A stretch of 64,000 nucleotides of DNA, taken from the NCBI GenBank assembly GCA_003344405.1, contig NOWV01000227.1:1-64000 (forward strand). The letters are read 5' to 3'. Under the pieces are notes generated by a model. The model saw nothing but the letters and a program-made list of their open reading frames with translations, was not told where the DNA came from and did not search any database. The translations under genes were made by a program, and so were the position numbers. The DNA is from Trichoplax sp. H2. Lineage: Eukaryota. Positions 40,070-51,900 of the stretch are shown in pieces (positions within the stretch are counted from its first letter, which is position 1; every line of letters starts with the position of its first letter).

Positions 40070-40300
40070 CGATTCATTTTAAAATATGTGCGATGACGGA
40101 GAAGAACATTGATGCTCGATGATGCGATTCATTTTAAAATATATGCGATGATGGAGAAGAACATTGATACTAGATGATGCGATTCATTTTAAAATATAGG
40201 CGATGATGGAGAAGAGCATTCATGCTCAATGATACGATTCATTTTAAAATAGGCCCGATGATGGAGAAGAGCATTCATACTCGATGATGCGATTCATTTT
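40070..40300. repeat. Minisatellite, 55-bp unit x about 4.2
   Basis: cgattcatttt occurs at exactly 40070, 40125, 40180, 40235 and 40290. The unit is cgattcattttaaaatatatgcgatgatggagaagaacattgatgctcgatgatg. Confidence 0.95.
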
Positions 40301-40459
40301 GCTTCTTAATCGCTCGATATCTCTAGTCTGTACACCGAACGATAGGCATTGTACTCATTTTCTGATACTTTTTTATACGAGAAACTACTTTCTGTCTTGT
40401 CAATGCAAGGGTGAGGTCGCATGGACATGCACAGTTTATTTGGATCTATACTATAGCTA

Positions 40460-41600
40460 CTTTTAGATGAAATTGAACTTGTATTGTGGAAATAAGCAGT
40501 ACGAAATAGTATAATAAGAATTATGGACAGAAAATTGTCGTAAGAAATAAATCAGTTCCAGCTGTTGCCTTGGATTTGATGGCAAATAAAGTGGTTATTA
40601 CTTAATACTGTACATTATTCGATAATTGCTCGTAATGAACAGCTTTGTTGGTGGCGGATATCTATTCTGCACAACTTATTGAGGTCTGTATAGCAGCTAT
40701 TTTAAGATAAAGTTGAACTTATTTAGTCGAAATATCCAATACTACATTAAGAATAAGAAAACAGGGGCGAACAAAATTGTTGTGGGAAAAGAAATCAGCT
40801 CTAGCTATTACCTTGCTTTGGGCTGCCAATAATAGGATGTTAATGTCACGGCTAAAATCCGATCCGGCTATATTGTATAATAGTCCGCTAAAGCCCGAAT
40901 TAAGAGTAAAATCTTTTGAATTTCAAGTTTTAGACGGCTATGCGAATGCTTTAAGTACAATATCCATCATATTTAGCCATTTTATTCCTCTACGGAAGTA
41001 TTTAATTGCATTGCATACCTAAAAAGAACTAAACGAAGTCTGTTTCCTTTCTCTGTAGCGAGGAATCTTGCTTAAAGTGTATATGTACTCTTATTTCGGG
41101 CCTTAGCCATAACATTAACACTACCCATTTTAGAATAATGGACAGTTCTTACTGATCGCTTTTAACTCTTCGATACCTGCTAACTGAGGTCTTCCAGTAG
41201 TGATTTTTACATGAAATTGAACATGTTTAGTCGACGTGCAGTGCAACAGTAGAAACCTTCTACAGTAAAGTAAGAATGTGAAAACACCTATGAGCAGACA
41301 AACTGTCGCTCAAATAGATTAGCTCTAGCTGTTATCTTGCATTGGACCATTTATATTAGATGCTGTTCATTAATACTGTATATTTAGGATAATAGATAGT
41401 TCTTATTGATAGCTAATAACTCTTCTATACAGCTCATTTAGGTCTTTGAGTAGCAATTTTTAGGTGAATTAAACTTGCGAAACGCTCAGTTGTCCTGTAG
41501 AATCAGAACGAGAAAAAAAAGGGTGCGAGCAGAAAAGTTGTCGCGGTAAATAAATCATCTCCAGTCACTACCTTGTATTTGACTGCATACATAGCGACAT
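40460..41600. repeat. Four diverged copies of about 245 bp, arranged as two pairs
   Basis: gaaattgaac....aaattgtcg...aaatcag.tc.agct.tta.cttg..ttg occurs at about 40470, 40711, 41212 and 41466. Confidence 0.7.
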
Positions 41601-42906
41601 TTAATACATTCGATCATCGATTGTCGACAATATTTCTGCACACCCTGGTTACCTCTGTTGTCTGAGAGACCGTTAAGAATAAGCTCTAGCCAAACTAGAC
41701 ACAGTACGGTATACTATCCAGTATATAATACTCTATCACATACAAATCATACTATAGTGTATTATATCGGTCATATCGTTCTAGCAGACACTATGAGAAA
41801 GTTAAAGTGCTGCTGTTGATCAAGAGGTCAAGACAAAGTAAAAGGAAGTCATAGAGGTCAGAATAATATTCTTCCCGATCAGATCTTTCCATCTGCATTT
41901 TCAAAGTGCCATCGTTGATTGTGTCGCCTCGTTTTTAAGCTATTTCCAACTCAAAATTGGAATTTCATTTCTTCTATTGTCATTCCGTTACAAGATCATA
42001 TGGAAAGACGATGATGAGTAGGCAAGCGTAATGGATTAGACCCTAAAACTGGCCATACGGTGTTTAGATTGGCGACAAATGATAGACTCTTAATTGAGGT
42101 AAGTTTGCCAGCCAGTTATGATAGTTAATAAGAGAGAATCAATCCATCGGACTGTTGTAGGATAATATCAAGACTATGAGTGAGTCAAGATAGCACAGAT
42201 GGGCGATATTCAATCCAATCTTATGCTATAAATAACTGGAGAAAAACATTGCCCGTATCTATGTCTACCTTATGTAAATAAATATAACAGCGTACGGTTA
42301 TGGAATAACGGTTCTCGATTTAGATAACATCTTCCTTCTTAGATAATAGTCTTCTTGTTCATCGAAATCAGTTCATTCTCTTCTACTTGATACTTATTCC
42401 ATGGATCGTTGCTAGAAAAATTATGTTGATAGGAGTGTACGATGGAATAAAGAATCGCTTTAAAAGGATGATCGTCTTGTCCGATATCCATAATCCGATA
42501 GGCAGTCGTTGACATACTTTCCATTTCCACTTACTTTTTTTAAGGACAAAGTTAGACCTATTTGAAGCAGTATCAATGTATTCCAAATCATTCTTTATTG
42601 TAGACTTTGATCTTGTAATTTAATTTAATTTTAATCCTGGATCCAAATAGCATCTGTTTATTCATAATCGTAAGCGCCAGTGTTTTATACCATTTCTTTA
42701 CTCTACGGGTATTATTTAAAGAGAAGTACTAAATTATCCATTCTGCCTAGTCTTGACCATCGTCGACATTAAGGTTTTGCACCTTTATTCTTTTGCTATT
42801 TCTAATTTTACCTTCTTAGTTGATGATTGTGTCTATTTGAAATGATTGCTGTCAATGTTAGACTAATTTAGTCAGTATTAATTGGCTGATAGATTGATTG
42901 ATATAG

Positions 42907-45900
42907 AAATTGAAAATCTTTGCCTTGCTGCCCTTATTTTATCACATCTTGTCTTAACACTGGCATCGACACAAGGCGAAGCTGCTATTAATTGCAGCGA
43001 TCGACCTCTAACAAACGGCAGTAGTAAGGAAGAAGAATATAGTGACAGCAATCTCAAATTAGCTACTGCTCGAGAGTGTCGTTTAAAATTGTCTCAAGCT
43101 TTAGCAGAAACACCCATTGCTGAAGATGTCAATTTAACATTGGAGCAAGCTGACGAAATTTTACAATATTTTGGTAAGTGTTTCTATGATTAAGTTAACA
43201 TTATTTTTCATAATCATCATTATCAACCCCGACAGTAATCGCCTTTATCGATATAAAGATAGTCGAGAGGTTATCTTATCCACCTTCTTCCTGATACCCT
43301 AGCTTATAATATATCGCTATACAATGACGATTTGAAACATTTTGAGCGACTAAGTAAATCGACTCTTGTAGCTCTCTTTCAATGATCACTGTCATCCTAA
43401 AGTATACCGACTAAGTTGAAACGATCATGTTGGTAAAGAGTTGATTATTTTTTTGGGGGGGCTAGGATAGTCGATTCTACTCTAATCACGGTTGTGATGA
43501 CAATTGATTAAGCAACATCATTTCTTTCATTTAAATTCTTTCCTTTCATTTAATAGTTTCTTTTTTCTCTCCATTGTTGCTGGTGATGATGAAATTCATC
43601 GTCATATAGATATTATGGAAGAAGATTAATTCAATTACATGAGGCATTGAGCAGCACAGAATTCCTTTTACATGTTCATGTTGCAAAGAAAAACTTAATC
43701 ATACCCTATCCATTCAGTCAACATGTACCGCAATAACGGGTAGTTAAAAAGCATGTATATTTAATCGTTTTAATTTATGAACAGTAATGGCTGCCATTGC
43801 TAAACTGCAAAGAATATTAGCTGTTCTCATCTTGAAGATGATTATTGCAACAATGGCATTTAACCTAAGGGCTGAATGAATTCAAGAGCAACAATAACAA
43901 AATACGAGTGCAGTACTAAGAAAACGGTTTTAAATCTCTAATTACTTCATTGATGACGAGTACTGTTGCCGGGGCTAAAATGGATCCGTCTTATACTAAC
44001 CTTCTATTATCCCGTCTTACCCAAAATGGATTCTATTAGAATATTAACACATTAGAAGGAGTATTGTACAATCCGTGATTGGCTAACGTTGAGAAGTACT
44101 ACCGGTACTAAAATAGATTCATCTTAGATCCAATTTATATTATTTCGTCTACCCAAGGATAGGATAGATAATATTAGAATCTAGAGCTATAATGAAAGAG
44201 AATTTTATAATCCTTGATTGGTTTACGTTGAGAGAATCTTGTCGGTACTCAAATAGTCCTTCTTACATTAACCTTTTATTGTTCCATAGTACCTTATGGT
44301 AGGTAATAATAGAATCTAGAGCTATAATATTAACGAATCTGCAACATTAACAAATAGGAAAGGCTATTCTATCATCCTTGATTGGTTTATGTTGAGCAGT
44401 ACTGCCTGTGCTATAATAGATTCATCTTCTACTACCATTAATACTATGATTCTGTCTTACTGAAGGGCTGACAATATTGGATTCTAGATATGTCATATCA
44501 AAGTTAGGAAATCAATGTTAAATTCTCTATCTGTGACTTATTCATTCACCATCGGCATTGCCACCTGCGTCCAGGCAATTTTATACTAAACTAGATTGAT
44601 TGATACAATTCTAGGGCTACCATGCCAAAATATCCGGAAACTAATGTACGCTAGAATTTATTGATTTACTGTAAGCAATACTGCCCGTCCCAAAATACTC
44701 TTGTCTTACGCTAGATTAATTCGATTTTCGAGCTAACTATATCAAAATATCGGAAATCAACGTGAAATCTTTAATGGATGACTCGATAATGAATGTAATA
44801 CCTAGTCTTATTGGTGCTAGATTAATCTCGTGCTGTGTTTGCTTTTAATATCAACTCCACCATAACAATCAATTTCACGTATAGATTGATGGATCGAATT
44901 CAAGCGTAGCAATTTGATACATTCAAAAACAATCTCACCCTTCATCCTGATTATAAAACTAACTAGACTGTGGAACAGTAGATTCTATCGTAAATTGATC
45001 CTCTAGCTATAGCTATTAAATTAGATACGACTATTGAACATTCGATATATTGAGTTATGAAGATGATTTTATTGTCCGAACGACCATTTTATTATATAAA
45101 CTCCTCTATTCACGTTCCACTTTTAAGGGAAAATGCCATTTCCTATCGCACTCCATTTATTCGTAGACTTAGCAGAAGCTATTCGAAGGAATAATTCAAG
45201 GCATGATTCCTATTATAGTGCGGTAGAGTGTTTTCAATTAATTAGACTAATTTAGTATTAAAAAATCAGAGCGAGGATTTTTCAATTTGATAGCTACATA
45301 TGGATATTGCTGACTAGATCAACTAGGCTAAATTTAGAGCAGTCTTGTAAAATTTTAATCAAGACTACAGTAGTTATTTAACTTGGACTTGGATAGAAAG
45401 GCATTACTGGTAGATTACTTTATTACTACTTTATTAAAAACTGATTCATAGATAGTTCCACACAATGCTAGTAATCTTTTTTACCCCTGCATGTTAAAGC
45501 TAAATCTAGGTCAACGTTGTGAAACTATAACCCAAATCAGTTATGCAATGTGTAATATAGGTATCTCCTGCAATGAAAACACGTGTCGGATATTTATAAT
45601 ATTGATAGGTTGGTATGTGTATTCCAATGCAAATCTAAAATTTGTAAACTGCTTCCTGAAGTAGGCATTTGGCCAATGCGGTAGTTAAATATCTGATAAT
45701 CAAAATACGTTCCATAGATATTCTCATCAACATTAATAGATTAATATTTCAATTTGAAAGCATATCTATCAAGTTGTAAAAATGCGAAACCAAACTAGTT
45801 ATTCGCCTATTCCATTATTTGAAGGCAACTGTGTAAGTTATACAAATATAGGCTAAGCTAGTTATTCAACTAGCAATATTATAGTCTCCTGCAATCGAAA

Positions 45901-48900
45901 TATATTCCAGTCTATACAGTGTGTAAATTTAGAAGTTGTATAGGTTGATATTGCAATTTAAAGGCATGCCTATAGATTATGAAATTACGGCCTAAATTCG
46001 TTGTTTGACTAGCAATAGAAAAGTTATATACAATTAAAATTTTTTGCAGATGTATATATTCTATAAACAGTTTTAGCTTGATGTCGTATTGCAATTTAAG
46101 GACACGTCTATATGTTATAAGATTACAATCTAAACTAAAGTATAGTTATGCGACTAGCAAGGTAAAAGTCTTTCGCGGTCGAAATGTGTTCCAGTCTAAA
46201 CAGAATATAAATATTAGCTGCCGGTATTCCAATTTAAAAGCAAATCTGTAAATGGCTACCGAAAATACCTTCTAGTTTACTGCTCGACTAATCATATAAA
46301 AGTCTCATGCATTGGAAATATGTTTCAGTCTAAACAGAATATAAATATTGGCTGTCGGTATTCCAATTTTAAAGCAAATCCATAAATGGCTACCTAAAAT
46401 ACCTTACAGCTTACTGCTCGACTAATCATATAAAAACCTCATGCATTGGAAATATGTTTCAGTCGATGTGGAATACAAATATTGGCGTTGGTATTCCAAT
46501 TTATCAGTAAATCTATTAGTTATAAAAGTAGGTTCTAAACTTCCGTACCGTTTTTCAACTAGTCATAGAAAAGCTTTATGAAATCGAGTTATGTAGCAGA
46601 TATCAATATTTGTAGGTTGATGCGAGCTTGCGATTTAGAGATAAGTCTATTGGTTCAAAGACTACAATCTAAATTATCATATAGTTTTTCATCTAGTTAT
46701 GAAACAGTCTCTTGTAAAGGAAATGTTCTTCGGATCAAGACAGTATATAAATATTTGCGGGTTGGTGTCAATATTCCAGTTTAAAAGCAAATCTATAAGT
46801 TGTAAAACTACGGCCTAAACCTCTCATTCGACTAGCACCTTTAAAGTCTCATGCATTGGCAATGTAAAGTAAATGTACAAGTTGTAAAACTACGGCCTAA
46901 AACATTTATTCGATTAATAACATTGCAATGTGAGGTAAATCTACAAGTTATGAAATTATAGTCTAAAACTCGCCAGTCGTTCGACTAGCAATTATATCAT
47001 AACAGGAACTCGGTTCCCTCTATCTAAAAGGTTTTATAAAAGAAGCAAATACAACAATATCGTCGACAATTTCTACCGTACTTCCCATTTCTAGAACGAA
47101 AAGTCGATAAGCCAATCTAAGGATAAAGCTTACAGGGAATCTATTGTTGAGTACTTTAACAAGCTGTTGATTTATTCTTTTCTATCCACGTCAATGTTGT
47201 CTCCTATCGTTTGCTTCCGCTTGTCTTTTAATTAACTATTTAAATTGAAAATCTTGTCTATGAGAACACCACTAAGTCATCCGTTCGTGCATTAATTAAA
47301 GTATATCATAAATATTTAGTAGTAATTGAACGGCTATAGGGAAAAAATTCTAGTTTACCAGCGTATCGCTAACCAGTTTGATTTACAATATTTTTAGAGT
47401 TTATCAGAAATCTCAGTTATTTTAGTAGCTTGCTTTGTGTTGATCAGAAAGTCCTGGCTATTTTTAGTAGCTTACTAATAGCCGGATGGGAAGCATACGT
47501 ACCGTTTAATGAGGGCTTATTAAAAAGTCTAGGACATTCTAGTAGCATGCTAATAACTTGATTTAGAGCATACTAAGAGCATGCATGTAGAAAACTAAAT
47601 AATTCCTAGAGCATTCAGTGAAATATTCATCTAGGGGTAGATGACGATGCGTAAGGTACTTAGGAAAAAGTATCGACGAATTATCGGTAAATCGTTATTC
47701 GGTTTGATTTACTATTTGCTCGGAGCATACTCATCTAAGAAAGTTTTTAAACTGCTTCCAACTAGCTCGCTTGATGCAGGGCTTTTCTAGAACTTGTAAG
47801 GATATTTTGATTGTTTATACGCGTAACAGCATATCATTGCCTAGATTACTAGAGTTAGAAAGGGTTTGGAAGAGCAACATTCATTTACTCCAGCAAGGTC
47901 TCCATTACTTTGGCAATCTACTACAAGCCAAGGTAAAATCGTATACGGCTTTGGAACTTTCATGAAAATATCGATTGTTTGAGCTGCTTGCCTCCAGCTT
48001 CTAAGAGTGTTTGCTTGATTGCTTTGGCTGCATGAAAGACGCTTTTACTTTGCATTAGTACGGTCTCCATTACTCTGGCGATATGTAGTAAGCAAGTTGA
48101 AGTAGTACGCGAGTTGGAGCTTCCGTGAAAACATTAGTTATAGTTTACACTTCTAGCTTCTAGGAGAGTTTACTTGATTGCTTTCATTCGAATACCATTC
48201 TTAGAGTATAGTAAGGGCTTGGGCGAAAGACACTTGTTAGTTTGTTTTATTAGCAAGGTCCCAGCGATGTACATGTAGCCGAGTTAAATTAGTACTGTAT
48301 ATGGATTGGAGCTTCCATGAAAATGTCGGCTATTGGCCATATGCTTCTAGCGTTCAAAAGAGTTACTCGATTGCTTTGGTGACAAGATTCTCATAGCACT
48401 ACTTAATTTAGAGCATGGTAAAAGCGTGAAAGAAAAGATAATCTACTAGCCTATCAACATTCTCGATTCATTTTGGAGTAAAGCGCTAGCCAGGTCTAAT
48501 TGTCCAAGGTTATACCTTGCTACAGGACGTAGGCTGCTTTCATGGCTTTAGCCATTGGATCGCTGATTGACGACCATGGCTAGGCAATATTGACATGTTT
48601 ATATAGATCCAATGACAACCACAGCATGAATCAACTGAGAAAGATAAACGTGGATCAATATCGCTGATGACATGGATCCATGCCAATTAAAATTACTAAC
48701 CTCCATGATGGGGTTAGTTTCGGTTAACAAACCCGTAGAATTTCTTACTTTCTCGTATTCGTTCGGACATGCCGTTATAATAAACGCTTGAGATAAATCC
48801 TTTTCACTGTTTGTTGCATAGCTCTAGCGAGCGATTGGATTCCTGATTGACGACCATTGCTTGCTAATATTGGCATGTTTATAGATCCAATTACAACCAC

Positions 48901-51900
48901 AGCAGGAATCGGAAAGATAAACGTCGATAAATTATAGTCGATGGCATGGATCAATGTCCTAAAATACCACTAACCTCCATGATGAGGTTGGTTTAGGTTA
49001 AGTTGCGCTTACAATTTCTTCCTCTCCCAATCGCTCAAAGACTCCATCAGTATGAACGCTTGAGAGGACATGCTTGCCACTGTTTAGCTTGTCCATATCT
49101 CGTTATCAAGAACTAATTTTAAAAACAATATAGTAAAGGAGAGTGGGCTTTACTACTTCTATTCTTTACTCTCCGAGTCCTATTGAAATGGAATCCATTT
49201 CACTTGTAAACAACCATTCACGACCCAGAGGGGGAAAAACGCTTCCATCGTCGCCATAACACTAGCGGGAATTTCTCACCAATCTCCTCTCTGTTGTAGA
49301 CAATTTCTTCCATCGCTAACCCTCTTCAATGACCACAATATCGCTTACTTTACCACCAATCCAAGGGCCATTTCCCACGCGTCAGCAAGCTATATGCACA
49401 AGAACTTATGTAAAATATTTATAACCATTATTGATTCTCCTTATGCTTAGCTATTGTCATGCCTTAGGCTTTGTCTATCCTATATTGATTTCCATTAGCA
49501 TATAAAAAGAATTTTTAACGGCCACAGAATAGTTTAATTGAAACAGACATGGCAACCTCTTCCCTACTTTATTTATGGATAGAACAATAGTCTATCCATC
49601 ATTTCTTTGATAGAAAGGATAGTAGGAACAAGCCTTGAATGATAATTCTCCACATTTGATTTAAAACGCTACAATCATTTGGGATAGCGTTAGTTATGCT
49701 CGGCTATCCATGACAATCTTTCTTCATGACTTGGGATAATCTTCCTCTCTCTCTCTCTCTCTCTCTTGCTTTTCCTTAGCTTTATTTGCACAGCATTCCA
49801 ATCAAATGACTAAAGTTTACGCTGAAGATGTCGAAACACTTACCATGTTGATCGTAGAGGTAAGTCGAATTCTCTTTCTTTCTGTTGTTTTTCCTTATAG
49901 ATTGATCCAATCCAGTAGTTTTGGTTGCAATTCTATCATAGTAGCTGTAACATTTTCTTCATCATCATATATGTAAAGAGATTTATACGCGATGACGTAT
50001 AAATGCAATGAAAGATTATCTGTTTTAGTGAAAATGGAGTTAAAACCAGAGTCGGTAGTTGCCTAGCCTATTCTCTTACTACTTACTCTCTTATCGGATA
50101 AATTGGGTCCACATTTTTAGTCGATGATTGATGAAATAGATCAGTCATGGACATTCCTCGTTGGCCACTATACGGCTTATTGAAACCATTTTATCGTTAT
50201 TGCCTTGATGATAGTATCGATAACTTGATCATGATGCCATCGATGATGGCAGTAGTCAATTTCCTCAGTTTTCCATACCTTTTGACGAACAGTAATGTAG
50301 ACTACCCGATGCACAAAATAAACTAATGGTAGAATCAACAAAGATGAACGACAAAATATCTTACAAGCATCACGTTCGATGAACTACTCTACTACTTTGC
50401 AATACAAGATGATTCATTTATTGATCAATTCTAGTTTTTTTTCTCCCATATTGCCGTAATAATGTAGTGGATAACTTGCCTAATCTACATTGATTCTCAA
50501 CATGCTAGCAGTGATACTTTCCAACAGTTAATTCATTCAGTGTTTAATTTCTTTTGGATTAAGTAAAATAAACTGTGATCTTCATCTTCCGATAGAGAAT
50601 ATCTATCACGATCGATACTGTAGGATAAGGATAAATAGGACTTGTTGATTATTGGATAGCAAATTTCAAGTCTTTTTTTATCCCAACTCCCATGATACTA
50701 CCACCGATGATAAATCAAGAAGCCATTGATGATTGGCATTTGAACCCTGGATTGATTCCATTTCATAAATTGATAAAACATCGGCTCGAATTGGTGTTGG
50801 ACTTTGTATAACATCAATGGAATAGATAAATAATTTCAAACACTTGACGGCAAATCCTGGTTTTGATTGCCGTTTCTAGCGTGAGATTGATTATAATATT
50901 GCATGAGGACGGCTACTAACCAGGGTGCCATCCATAGCTTGCGATTAGCAGCGGTTGGATTATGCAATAGCTATTTAATAAGATCAATGGCGGCCCAAAA
51001 CTTGAAAATTAGCCATACATAATAGTGTGTCTATCATGGCTGAGGGAATGGGCAAATAGCTTGAAGACTTTGCGATCTTATTGATGGCTAATGACTACTC
51101 TAATTGCTATCATCGTTTGTACAAGCACAACGATCATTAAGCAGGCAGGATGCTATGCTGTAGAAGATTTGAATAGTTGATATATTATATACCAATTATC
51201 ATTCTCGAATGAGTAAAATAAACTATCCCCTTCTTGAAATCGACTTAAGCTATCGATATTAATCATCTTTCATCTTTTACACCTTTTAGAAAGAAAAAGA
51301 TTTAGAATTAGCAGCAAGGATCGGCCAAGTAAGTACTACAACATTCTCCTAATACTGCCTAGATCATGTCAGCTACATGGATATTTTCTTTTTGAGCGTG
51401 TACTGGTAGTAAGAATGGCTGTTTAATCTCATAACAGTTTCTTTCTCCAGCCATAATGAAATAATATAATCTCGTTAGCGTAGCCTTTGCTTTGTTGCTT
51501 AAGACAATCTTTCGGCTTACTTTACGAATGTCGAATATCGATTGATACTTTCTTGTTGACCTGGCATTGGAAATGTCTGTTTAAATTAATAATCCCCAGT
51601 CTCTTCTTACAGCCATAACTGAATAAGAAACTAGTTAACGTAGTAATATGTCATTGCCTACGGCAATTTTTTAGCCTCGTTTATGTTAGATACATCGACA
51701 CTTTTCACTTAAGTATGGACTGGTAGTAAAATGGCTGATTAATCTCATCGCAATTTCTGTCTCTAGTCATAATGGAGTCGTATAGCCTTGTTAGGATAGG
51801 TATTACTGGGCTACTAACGACGATTTTCGACCTACTTCATGTCGGGTATAGATCGATACTTTCTTGTCGAGTCGGCATTGGAAATATCCATTTAATAATC

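Noticed and set aside
40070..40300. CRISPR-like regular spacing
   Set aside because: The whole 55-bp unit repeats with no unique spacers. The context is eukaryotic and there are no cas genes.
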